Source: Gemmatimonadaceae bacterium
GTDB lineage: Bacteria; Gemmatimonadota; Gemmatimonadetes; Gemmatimonadales; Gemmatimonadaceae
NCBI GenBank assembly: GCA_045803545.1
Contig: JBJMOW010000004.1
Coordinates: forward strand, 384,001 to 448,000
Reading direction: 5' to 3'
Length of the DNA: 64,000 bases
A model generated the notes under the pieces. It was not told the DNA's origin and ran no database searches. It worked only from the letters and a program-made list of their open reading frames with translations. The translations under genes were made by a program, and so were the position numbers. Positions within the stretch are counted from its first letter, which is position 1. Each line of letters begins with the position of its first letter. This document shows, piece after piece, positions 1-8,914 of this stretch.

Positions 1-129
1 CACGGAATTGGAAAGATCAAACGCCGCTGGCTTCCACTGCAGATGAATGCGCTTCAAATCGCGATGATGACGGCCGTAAAAAGGGAGCTTGATCCACAGA
101 GCTTGCTCGCGCCCGGCAACATTCTATGA
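1..129 (+). CDS. C-terminal end of FAD-linked oxidase (D-2-hydroxyacid dehydrogenase/GlcD-like), truncated by window edge
   Basis: Frame 1 reads HGIGKIKRRWL...AVKRELDPQSLLAPGNIL*, the typical (E)HGIG...K...DP...PG C-terminus. Stop overlaps the next start (ATGA). Confidence 0.75.
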   Translation, partial: HGIGKIKRRWLPLQMNALQIAMMTAVKRELDPQSLLAPGNIL

Positions 130-770
130 CGCGGTACAAGTCGGTGATATTTGACGTCGACTCGACGCTCAGCGGCATCGAGGGAATCGATTGGCTGGCA
201 GCATTAAGAGGTCCGGAGATGCAAGCCTGGAGCTCGTCTCTCACTGAACGTGCCATGAAAGGCGAGCTGCCGATCGAGGCCGTCTATGAGGAAAGAATGA
301 ATAAGGTCAGGCCATCCGCGCGCGAAATCGAGGCTCTCGGTCAGGAGTACGTCGCGCGAATCGCAACTGGAGCGAAGAAAGCACTTGCCGAGTTGCGCGG
401 GAGCGGCGTCACCGTGGTGATGGTGAGCGGCGGCCTTCGTGAGGCTATCATTCCCTTGGCGCGCGAGGTCGGAGTTCCAGACGAAGCTGTGCACGCTGTG
501 TCCGTCTACTTTGACGAAAAGGGTGATTATGCGGGCTTTGAGAGCACCTCGCTGATGACGCGGCAGGAAGGCAAGCGAATCACAGTCGGGAAAATGAGTT
601 TGAGTACTCCAACCCTCGCAGTTGGTGACGGGATGACGGATTCCGAGATGAAGTCAGTCGTAACCAACTTCGCCGCATTCACCGGGTTCACGCGGCGGCA
701 GCCGGTAATCGAACGCGCTGATTTTGTGGTGGAGACCTTTGAGCAGCTAACGGATCTGATTCTAAGATGA
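126..770 (+). CDS. serB: HAD-family phosphoserine phosphatase
   Basis: HAD motifs FDVDSTL, VSGG and GDGMTD; T..AM.GE cap segment typical of PSP. Confidence 0.8.
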   Translation: MTRYKSVIFDVDSTLSGIEGIDWLAALRGPEMQAWSSSLTERAMKGELPIEAVYEERMNKVRPSAREIEALGQEYVARIATGAKKALAELRGSGVTVVMVSGGLREAIIPLAREVGVPDEAVHAVSVYFDEKGDYAGFESTSLMTRQEGKRITVGKMSLSTPTLAVGDGMTDSEMKSVVTNFAAFTGFTRRQPVIERADFVVETFEQLTDLILR

Positions 771-1864
771 CAACCTCAAAAACCTTCGGCACCTTCTTCC
801 TGCCAGGCCCGACGGAAGTGCGGGAAGAAGTCATGGTGGCGATGAACCGGCCGATGCTTCCTCATCGTGGACCGCAATTCGAAGATCTGTTCTGCCGGTT
901 GCAGGAACGGCTTCGGCCTGTCTTTCTGACTGAACGACCGGTTTACATCAGCAGCTCCTCCGGCACTGGTATGATGGAGGCAGCCATTCGGTGTGGCCCG
1001 CCAGGCCGGGTATTATGTCTCGTCAATGGCGCGTTTTCGGAGCGCTTTGCGCACATCGCCTCGATGTGTGGTCGTGAAGTGGATCGGTACGACGTAGCGT
1101 GGGGTCAGGTCCATGCATTGCCGCAGCTCGAGCAGCGGTTGTCGATGCGGCAGTACGGCGCGATCACCGTGACGCATTCCGAAACTTCAACCGGGGCGCT
1201 CAATGACGTCCGAGCGATCTCCGACGTTGCGCATAAGCATGGATGCGCTTGTCTCATCGACAGCGTGAGTGGTTTGGGTGGTACTGAGCTTCGCTTCGAC
1301 GAATGGGATCTCGATTACGTACTCACCGGCTCGCAGAAGGCACTTGCACTCCCACCAGGCTTGGCCTTTGGCGTTGCATCGTCCAGCTTCATCGACCGCG
1401 CGGCCAGCATTCAGGCGCGCGGAGTTTATTTCGATCTAGTCGAGCTGGATGCGTACGCACGCCGCAATCAGACTCCAAGCACCCCGGCGCTGACGTTGTT
1501 CTACGCACTGGACGCGCAGCTTGATTCCATTCTTGGTGAGGGCATGGAAGCGAGATGGGCGCGACACAAAGCAATGGCTGCCAAGACCCAGGAGTGGATC
1601 GGTCAAATCAGCACTGAGACGGGGAAGAGGTTGAGCAACATCGCACCGCTTGGGTCGCAGTCGCCGACAGTGTCAACGATCCGACTTCCCGAGGACTTGC
1701 CCGCCGAGCGATTCACAGCCGCTGTCGCGAAACACGGAGTAATCGTCGGCAATGGCTATGGCAAACTGAAGAGCACCACCTTCCGTATTGGACATATGGG
1801 GGATCACACAGTCGAGACGATCGAGCACTGTCTCAACGCCTGCTCGACTGCCTTGCGCTCTTGA
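767..1864 (+). CDS. Class V PLP aminotransferase (serine/alanine-glyoxylate or phosphoserine aminotransferase-like)
   Basis: FLPGPT N-terminus, HSETSTG, DSVS, PLP lysine motif GSQKALALPPG, FRIGHMG. Confidence 0.85.
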   Translation: MTTSKTFGTFFLPGPTEVREEVMVAMNRPMLPHRGPQFEDLFCRLQERLRPVFLTERPVYISSSSGTGMMEAAIRCGPPGRVLCLVNGAFSERFAHIASMCGREVDRYDVAWGQVHALPQLEQRLSMRQYGAITVTHSETSTGALNDVRAISDVAHKHGCACLIDSVSGLGGTELRFDEWDLDYVLTGSQKALALPPGLAFGVASSSFIDRAASIQARGVYFDLVELDAYARRNQTPSTPALTLFYALDAQLDSILGEGMEARWARHKAMAAKTQEWIGQISTETGKRLSNIAPLGSQSPTVSTIRLPEDLPAERFTAAVAKHGVIVGNGYGKLKSTTFRIGHMGDHTVETIEHCLNACSTALRS

Positions 1865-3813
1865 CACAGATCTCGGTTTCGAACGTCAGCGTCGAGTTTG
1901 GAGCCACCACAGTTTTTTCCGGAGTGACTTTTACCGTCGCTCGTGGTGAGCGGTGGGGAATTCTCGGACGGAACGGTAGTGGAAAGACGACGCTCTTCAG
2001 CCTGATAACCGGCACTCAGCAGCCGACGTCCGGAGTAATTTCGCGACAGCCTGGACTGCGTGTCGCGTTGTTGGAGCAGCACCGCGAGTTCATTGGCGCT
2101 GAGACCGTGTGGGAAGCAGCTGCCGGCGAATTCGCAGAGCTCCTCGCGCTGGAGCAATCGCTCGCCGATCAGGCACAAAAACTTGCCGAGGCGGGAGAAT
2201 CGGTTACTGCGCAGATGCTGGAGCGCTACGACAGAGACCTCGAGCGCTTTCAGCGAGAGGACGGCTACACTCTCGCTTCACGAGTTGATGCAGTGCTCGA
2301 CGGGCTCGGCTTCAACCCGGAACAGGCGCGCACTCAATCACTCACACAATTGAGTGGCGGTGAGCGCGGCAGGCTCGGTCTTGCCCGTCAACTCGTAAGT
2401 CCCGCAGATGTCCTGCTGCTCGATGAGCCGACTAACCATCTTGACCTGGAGACGACTCGCTGGCTGGAGGAGTTTCTGCGTGGAACAGATCGGACTGTGC
2501 TTCTGATCAGCCACGATCGCGCATTTCTCGCCAACGTCGTGGATCACGTTCTTCATCTCGAAGCGGGAACTGCGTATCCATATGCAGGGAGCTACGAATC
2601 CTTCGTTACTCAGCGAAATGAGCGCCGCCTCTCCCAGCAACGAGCCGCCGATAAGCAGCGGAAGTTCGTCGCCGGCGAGGAGGACTACATCCGTCGTAAC
2701 ATCGCCGGACAAAACTCCAAACAGGCCAAAGGTCGTCGCAAAAGACTGGGCCGATTGCCGCGAATGACAGGGCCAGCTTCCGCGCAAGGAAGCTCATTCA
2801 GTCTCTCCCTCGATGTCACTGAACGAGGCGGCGACCAGGTCGCAGTCTCACAGGGGGTCACCATCGAGGTCGAGAATCGCATTTTGATCTCGGATTTCTC
2901 GGGGACGATTCAGCGGGGCGATGTCATCGGGTTCATCGGACCAAACGGCAGCGGCAAATCCACTTTCCTTCGCTCGCTGATGGGGCAGCTTGCGATCGCC
3001 TCCGGGGAGTTGCGACTCGGTGGATCCATAATTCCCGCGTTTTATCGCCAGGACCTCGCTCAGGTACCGACAGATCGAACACTCTATGAGGTGATCGCCG
3101 GGCTACGACCCCATTGGGAGCGACGCATGGTTCAGGGACATCTCGGCCGATTCGGCTTTTCAGGCGACGAAGTGCAAAGGCGCGCAGACACGTTGTCCGG
3201 TGGTGAGCAGGCGCGTGTTGCGCTCGCGATGATGATGCTCGGCCGCGCCAACTTTCTCCTGCTCGACGAGCCAACGAATCATCTCGATATCGAATCGGTC
3301 GAAGCGCTGGAAGACGCGCTCTCCGATTTTCAGGGCACGATTTTGCTCGTCAGTCATGACCGGGCGTTGCTCGACGCGCTGGCGACGAGGGTTTGGATCC
3401 TTCACGACCGGCATATCACCGACTTCCATGGTTCGTTCGCAGAATGGGAAGACCAAAGCCGTGAACGCAAGCACGCAGCGGACGTCGCACTAGCCGAGCA
3501 GGAGGCACTTCGACGGCTGCGCGAGAAAAAAGTTACTCGGCGACGACAGGACGGCGCGGACGAATCACGCGCCAGCCTGCGTGAAGTTCAACTTCAGGTT
3601 GAGAAAGTCGAGCGGGAAATTGCAGTACTCGAGCAGAGCGTCAGTGAGCTGACCCGACTGCTCGAAGATCCCGAGCTTTATACCTCGCGCGAAGGAACCG
3701 AGAAGTCTCTTGCTGCGGGTAAGAACCTCGAGAACCTCAGGCGGAAGCTCGAAAAGGCAATAGAGCGGTGGACCACCCTTACCGAGCGCGCAGAAAAGCT
3801 CGCTGTTCGCTGA
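1861..3813 (+). CDS. ABC-F family ribosome-associated ATPase
   Basis: Two ABC domains (GRNGSGKT, GPNGSGKS; LSGGE x2; LLDEPTNHLD x2), no TM helices, C-terminal coiled coil. Confidence 0.9.
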   Translation: MTQISVSNVSVEFGATTVFSGVTFTVARGERWGILGRNGSGKTTLFSLITGTQQPTSGVISRQPGLRVALLEQHREFIGAETVWEAAAGEFAELLALEQSLADQAQKLAEAGESVTAQMLERYDRDLERFQREDGYTLASRVDAVLDGLGFNPEQARTQSLTQLSGGERGRLGLARQLVSPADVLLLDEPTNHLDLETTRWLEEFLRGTDRTVLLISHDRAFLANVVDHVLHLEAGTAYPYAGSYESFVTQRNERRLSQQRAADKQRKFVAGEEDYIRRNIAGQNSKQAKGRRKRLGRLPRMTGPASAQGSSFSLSLDVTERGGDQVAVSQGVTIEVENRILISDFSGTIQRGDVIGFIGPNGSGKSTFLRSLMGQLAIASGELRLGGSIIPAFYRQDLAQVPTDRTLYEVIAGLRPHWERRMVQGHLGRFGFSGDEVQRRADTLSGGEQARVALAMMMLGRANFLLLDEPTNHLDIESVEALEDALSDFQGTILLVSHDRALLDALATRVWILHDRHITDFHGSFAEWEDQSRERKHAADVALAEQEALRRLREKKVTRRRQDGADESRASLREVQLQVEKVEREIAVLEQSVSELTRLLEDPELYTSREGTEKSLAAGKNLENLRRKLEKAIERWTTLTERAEKLAVR

Positions 3814-4770
3814 TCAGAATTCGCCAATGAAGCCGATCTCGGGCTGCAGATGCTGCCCGAACTTCTCTTCTACTTTTGTCTGCGCCATGGCGATCAGCTC
3901 TCGCACATTCTTGGCGGTCGCGTTCCCCAGGTTGACCATGATGTTGGCGTGAATGTGTGAGATCTGCGCGTCGCCGTGGCGAAATCCCTTCAGGCCCACC
4001 TGATCGATCAGTCTCCCCGCACCAACGCCTTCAATCTTCTTGAAGACCGATCCAGCGCTGGGGTGGTACTCGAGCCATGGATGCTTGCCGCCTCGCCAGC
4101 TGAGGTTTTCCTGCATGATGCGGTGCATTGTCGGCTGGTCACCGGGTTCGAGCTTAAAGGTGACGGCCAGGGCGATCTCGTGACCATGGTGCAGCACACT
4201 GGTGTCGTAGCCGAACTTCATGTAATCGCGATCGACGGTCTTACGACTGCCGTCCGCTTCGAGCAGCTCAGCCGAGTCGAAGACCTCGGCGATGAACATC
4301 GTTCGCTCGCGCTCAGGTGCCGGAGAGAGAAAATGGAGGTTCTGCCAAACAGCGCCGCCGACTGTGCTGGGGATGCCGACGTAGTGTTCAAGTCCGGAGA
4401 AGCTGCGTGAGACAGCTTGGGGAATGAGCTTCGCCATCACCGCCCCGCTCTCAACCCATAGCCGCCCGTCGTCGTAAAACTTCAGATGACTCGAAGTGTT
4501 GCGAATCACCAAACCTCGAAAGCCCTTGTCGCCGACCAGAATGTTTGCGCCAAGACCGAGCACAAAAAATGTTATACCAAGCTCTCGGGCGGCATTAACA
4601 GCCACTGCCAGATCATCGTCCGATGTTGCATCGTAGAAGTAGTCAGCTGGACCACCAATCTTGAATGTGGTGTATTGAGCAAGAGGCTCATTCCGTTTGA
4701 GCCTCTTCGCGTCAAGCCGATTGGCCAATTCCCCGTAGACGTCGGGGCGCACTTTCACAGTATTTGACAT
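3814..4770 (-). CDS. murB: UDP-N-acetylenolpyruvoylglucosamine reductase
   Basis: TTFKIGGPA, LGLGANILV, GIPSTVGGA, PSAGSVFK, HANIMVN motifs. Start uncertain (ATG 4770 or GTG 4758). Confidence 0.9.
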   Translation of the reverse strand: MSNTVKVRPDVYGELANRLDAKRLKRNEPLAQYTTFKIGGPADYFYDATSDDDLAVAVNAARELGITFFVLGLGANILVGDKGFRGLVIRNTSSHLKFYDDGRLWVESGAVMAKLIPQAVSRSFSGLEHYVGIPSTVGGAVWQNLHFLSPAPERERTMFIAEVFDSAELLEADGSRKTVDRDYMKFGYDTSVLHHGHEIALAVTFKLEPGDQPTMHRIMQENLSWRGGKHPWLEYHPSAGSVFKKIEGVGAGRLIDQVGLKGFRHGDAQISHIHANIMVNLGNATAKNVRELIAMAQTKVEEKFGQHLQPEIGFIGEF

Positions 4771-6169
4771 GTTTGAAAGAAATGATTGCCGGCGCTGCTT
4801 CGCCACCGTCACCCTTCTTATTGCAGCGCTCGTACCGTTGTCGGCAAACGCTCAGCGAGCCGAGCTGGATAAGATCATCCAACGCAAGGTTCTGCCCAAT
4901 GGTCTCGAGGTAATTGTCGTCGAGAACCACGGCGTTCCCTTGGCGACGGTCGAGATCGACGTGAAGAACGGCTCGTTCACTCAGACGCCTGAGTATGAAG
5001 GTTTGGCACACATGTACGAGCACATGTTTTTCCGCGCGAACTCGAAGTACCCGGAGCCGAATCAGTTCTGGGATCGTGCGTCCGACCTTGGCGCGGTCTT
5101 CAACGGAACCACGCGAGAAGAGGTCGTCAATTACTACATGACAGTGCCGGCGGACAAGCTGTCTGATGCAGTAGCGCTCCTCTCGACGGCATTGCGAGCT
5201 CCCCTCTTCCGCCGTGACGAGCTGGAGCGCGAGCGACAAGTCGTAATCGGTGAATACGATCGCAACGAATCCAGCCCGTTTTTCGAGCTCAGTCGGGAGA
5301 CCGATGCGAAACTCTATCCTGGCAACTTCAGCAGGAAGGATGTCATCGGGGATCGGCAGATAGTGCTCACCACGACGCCTGAGAAGATGCGCACCATTCA
5401 GAACAGATATTACGTCCCAAACAACTCCGCGATCATAGTTGCCGGAGACGTGAAGCCGGCCGAGGTGTTTGCATTGGCCGAGCGTGAACTCGGCGACTGG
5501 AATCGCGGATCCGATCCATTTACTTCCGATCCAATTCCGACAATTCCTGCGCTGCAGAAGAGTGATGCCGTGGTAGTGGAGGCTCCCGTTGGAGCGGTGA
5601 CAGTGCAGGTGCAGTGGCAGGGACCAAGCGTCGGACGCGACCCCAAGTCGACCTATGCGGCTGACGTTTTCTCCGACGTGCTCAACGATCCGCGGTCCCA
5701 GTTCCAGCAAAGACTCGTCGACAGCGGGCTATGGCAGGCGGTCGGGGTGAATTACTACACGCTCAATAACACCGGTCCGATCACCATCAGTGGGCAGACC
5801 TCGCCGGAACAGCTTCGCGAAGCAATGAAGGCGCTTTATGGAGAGATAGCAAAGTTCGATACACCGGGATACTTCACTTCTGAAGAGCTCGAGGCGGTGA
5901 AAGCGCATCGCGCGGTGACGTCCGCGTTTGATCGCGAGCGCGCGTCAGGTTTCGCGCACACTCTTGGCTTCTGGTGGAGTGTGGCCAGCCTCGAGTACTA
6001 CATGGGATATGTCGACAACATGGCGCAGCAGACCATTGACGATCTGCGTGCGTATGCTCGCAAATACATTCTCGGCAAGCCGCATATCACGGGAGTGCTG
6101 ATCGCGCCAGAAGCGCGGCAGGCTCTTAAACTCAGTCCGCAGGATCTCGTAATGGCTGGAACACGCTAA
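4769..6169 (+). CDS. M16 (pitrilysin) zinc peptidase, catalytic subunit, secreted
   Basis: Inverted zinc motif GLAHMYEH, LPNGL start, signal-peptide-like N-terminus. Confidence 0.9.
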   Translation: MFERNDCRRCFATVTLLIAALVPLSANAQRAELDKIIQRKVLPNGLEVIVVENHGVPLATVEIDVKNGSFTQTPEYEGLAHMYEHMFFRANSKYPEPNQFWDRASDLGAVFNGTTREEVVNYYMTVPADKLSDAVALLSTALRAPLFRRDELERERQVVIGEYDRNESSPFFELSRETDAKLYPGNFSRKDVIGDRQIVLTTTPEKMRTIQNRYYVPNNSAIIVAGDVKPAEVFALAERELGDWNRGSDPFTSDPIPTIPALQKSDAVVVEAPVGAVTVQVQWQGPSVGRDPKSTYAADVFSDVLNDPRSQFQQRLVDSGLWQAVGVNYYTLNNTGPITISGQTSPEQLREAMKALYGEIAKFDTPGYFTSEELEAVKAHRAVTSAFDRERASGFAHTLGFWWSVASLEYYMGYVDNMAQQTIDDLRAYARKYILGKPHITGVLIAPEARQALKLSPQDLVMAGTR

Positions 6170-7434
6170 TGCTACTCGCAATCGCTGCGCTGATACTGTC
6201 CCAAGCCACTACGAGCTTCGACGTCTCCGGCGTGCACGTCATACTGCGGCAAAACACCGCCAACAACGTCGTTGCCGCAAATCTCTATCTCCTGGGCGGC
6301 TCCCGGCAGGTGACAGACGCCAACGCCGGCATCGAGCCGATACTGCTCGACGTCTCCGAGCGTGGAACCCAGCACTATCCAAAAAATGCGCTGCGCCGCG
6401 CCATGTCCCGCTTGGGCAGCGAAATCGTCGTCACGCCCAACGCGGATTGGACGATGTTTGGAATTCGGTCAAGTGCTGAAGTCTTCGACTCGACGTGGGC
6501 GATCTTTGCTGATCGCGTGATGTATCCAACGCTTCCGCAGTCCGAAGTAAATCTGGTCAAGGCGCAGTATCTGTCGGGCATCAGGCAGCGTCGAGATGAC
6601 CCAGACGCGCTAGCTGACTACCTCGCCGACAGCATCACTTTTGTCGGGCATCCGTACGCCGTATCCGTAACCGGCAACGAGAAATCGATTCAATCGATCG
6701 ATTCGGCCGCGCTGCGCAATTATCACAGGAACCAGTTCGCGACATCGCGTATGCTGCTGGTAGTCGTGGGAAATATCGATCGCGCGCATATCGAGCGGCT
6801 CGTCAACCAGACACTCGGCAAGCTGCCGAAAGGCAACTACACCTGGACGGCGCCGCCGAGAATCCCGGAGGCACAGACGGCGCTCGTCATCGAAAGACGC
6901 AACCTGCCGACGAACTACATACTCGGCTACTACAGCGGACCACTGGCAAATGGTGAGGATTACCAGGCGCTGCGTGTCGCGACTTCGGTGCTTACCGGGC
7001 GCATGTTCGCGGAGATCAGAACCCGCCAGAATCTCACCTACGATGTGCACGCACCTTTTGTCGATCGAGCGGCAACTGCTGGTGGGCTCTATGTGTCGAC
7101 CGTCGCACCGGATACAACCCTCAAACTGATGCGTGCGGCGATTCTCGATTTACAGACGGGCACACTTGACCCCGTCGGGTTGAAACAGCTCGAGGAGCAA
7201 TTCATCACCGAGTATTTCCTGGATAACGAGACGAATGCGGCGCAGGCTGATTTCCTTGCGCGGTCGCAGCTGTACGAAGGTGATTATCGCGAAGCGGATC
7301 GCTTCGTTACCGAGCTAAAGCGCGTAACTCCGGAGGACGTGCAGCGCGTGGCGCGACGATACATGAAGAATTTCCGGTTCGCCTACGTCGGCGATCCATC
7401 GAAGCTCAACCCGGGCACTATCGCTCTATTCTAA
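6169..7434 (+). CDS. M16 peptidase non-catalytic partner subunit
   Basis: M16 fold without HxxEH; RMFAEIRTRQNLTY R/Y motif; TAATG coupling to the upstream gene. Confidence 0.85.
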   Translation: MLLAIAALILSQATTSFDVSGVHVILRQNTANNVVAANLYLLGGSRQVTDANAGIEPILLDVSERGTQHYPKNALRRAMSRLGSEIVVTPNADWTMFGIRSSAEVFDSTWAIFADRVMYPTLPQSEVNLVKAQYLSGIRQRRDDPDALADYLADSITFVGHPYAVSVTGNEKSIQSIDSAALRNYHRNQFATSRMLLVVVGNIDRAHIERLVNQTLGKLPKGNYTWTAPPRIPEAQTALVIERRNLPTNYILGYYSGPLANGEDYQALRVATSVLTGRMFAEIRTRQNLTYDVHAPFVDRAATAGGLYVSTVAPDTTLKLMRAAILDLQTGTLDPVGLKQLEEQFITEYFLDNETNAAQADFLARSQLYEGDYREADRFVTELKRVTPEDVQRVARRYMKNFRFAYVGDPSKLNPGTIALF

Positions 7435-7440
7435 GGACCT

Positions 7441-8154
7441 CTACTCGGCGAATTCCTCAGCGGCGACCCAGGGGTCGATTGCGCCGGTATAGAGAGCAAT
7501 GCCAATGACCGCGGCGGCTACGCCACGGTCGGCAAGAGCGCGCAGGTGGTTGAGATTTCCGAGTCCGCCGCCCGCAAAAACGGGGAAATCTGCCGTTTCG
7601 ACGACGTCTTCCATCAATGGCAGGTCCGTTCCTCTCATCGCTTCCTCCCGATGGACTGCGGTTACAAGCACTCCGGCCAAGGGAAGGCCGCTTAGCTCCT
7701 CAATCAGGTCGAGAACCAGCTTAGGGTGAGTGCGAGTCCATCCGTGCGAAAGGATCTTTCGATCGCGGACATCAGCCGCAACAATGATCTGTCCAGGAAA
7801 TAGGCTGGTCATGTCGACGAGCCAATCCGGATCTTCCAATGCCCGGGTGCCGATGATCACCCGCTCAGCGCCGTTCATGAGTGCCTGTTCGATCGATTCT
7901 CTGCTTTTGATTCCTCCACCTAGCTGGACTTCCGCATCAGTGGCCCCCAAAACGCCTTGGATCTCCGCCAGGTTATTACCGCGTCCGGATACGCCATCGA
8001 GATCGACCAGGTGCAAATGGCGAAAGCCATACTGCCGCCAGGCGATGGCCACGCCGATAGGATCCGGGATGCGAATCACTTCCTGATCATACGAGCCGGC
8101 CGCGAGCTGGACGCATGCGCCTCCGCGAAGGTCGAGTGCAGGAATGGCGATCAT
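7441..8154 (-). CDS. hisA: HisA (ProFAR isomerase)-family TIM-barrel protein
   Basis: IPALDLRGGACVQL, LHLVDLDG, QLGGGI, VIIGT, AADVR motifs. Confidence 0.8.
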   Translation of the reverse strand: MIAIPALDLRGGACVQLAAGSYDQEVIRIPDPIGVAIAWRQYGFRHLHLVDLDGVSGRGNNLAEIQGVLGATDAEVQLGGGIKSRESIEQALMNGAERVIIGTRALEDPDWLVDMTSLFPGQIIVAADVRDRKILSHGWTRTHPKLVLDLIEELSGLPLAGVLVTAVHREEAMRGTDLPLMEDVVETADFPVFAGGGLGNLNHLRALADRGVAAAVIGIALYTGAIDPWVAAEEFAE

Positions 8155-8226
8155 CGACTTTTGTAAGGTTTGAAGGCACGGATCATGAGAGAGCGAAACT
8201 GCTGCTTTAATTGCATGTCTGCGAGC

Positions 8227-8244
8227 TTGTGAATAAATTCACAA
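8227..8244. promoter_or_regulatory. Palindromic operator TTGTGAATAAATTCACAA (Rex-box / CRP-type)
   Basis: Exact match to TTGTGAA-N4-TTCACAA and also TGTGA-N6-TCACA, in a divergent intergenic region. Confidence 0.75.
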
Positions 8245-8310
8245 TCTCTGTAACAGCGCAATCTTTTCTTTAGGAAGTGCAACACGTACGGCTCTGGGAG
8301 GCCACAAACG

Positions 8311-8841
8311 ATGCGGTTCTACGGATTTGCGGTAGCAGTTGGAGTGTTCACACTGGGCGCGTGTGCGGGCGGAGAGAAAAACCCCGCCGACACAACGCAC
8401 GTTGCCGTTGACACCAGCTCGGCGACAACAACTACTACCGGCGCAAGCTCGACGACGACCGGTACAGCAACTGGCGGTGCCGCGACTGCGGCTCCGGTAA
8501 CCGGCACGACCCACACGGTCAACATGGTGGGCGATGCCAAGGGCTATCGCTTCGAGCCAGCCAATGTCACGGTCAAGCAGGGCGATGCCATCAAGTTCGT
8601 GGTGGTCAGCGGTGGCCCGCACAACGTGGCCTTCGATCCAGCGACCATTCCGCCTGATGTGAAGCCGCAGCTCGATGCCAACATGGGTACCGACAAGATG
8701 GGAGAGCTCTCCAGTAACATGAAGATGAATCCGGGAGAAGCTGTCACAGTTTCCTTCGGCAACATCAAGCCCGGCCAATACCCTTTCCACTGTGTACCAC
8801 ACCTCGCGCTCAATATGAAGGGCGTGATCACCGTTCAGTAA
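8311..8841 (+). CDS. Type-1 blue copper (plastocyanin/auracyanin-like) lipoprotein
   Basis: Lipobox LGAC, Thr/Ala-rich linker, ligands PHN...CVPH....M. Confidence 0.9.
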   Translation: MRFYGFAVAVGVFTLGACAGGEKNPADTTHVAVDTSSATTTTTGASSTTTGTATGGAATAAPVTGTTHTVNMVGDAKGYRFEPANVTVKQGDAIKFVVVSGGPHNVAFDPATIPPDVKPQLDANMGTDKMGELSSNMKMNPGEAVTVSFGNIKPGQYPFHCVPHLALNMKGVITVQ

Positions 8842-8850
8842 TGCTCGAAC

Positions 8851-8887
8851 AAAAAAAGGCGGAGCCTTAAAGCTCCGCCTTTTTTTT
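8851..8887. terminator. Intrinsic terminator
   Basis: A7-GGCGGAGC-CTTAAA-GCTCCGCC-T-run. Confidence 0.9.
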
Positions 8888-8914
8888 GTCCAGTTTAGGG
8901 TGAATCTTTGACAG

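Noticed and set aside
4712..5710. 332-aa antisense ORF, and similar ones such as 24303-25295
   Set aside because: They lie opposite well-supported genes and have no motifs; such ORFs are expected in GC-rich DNA.
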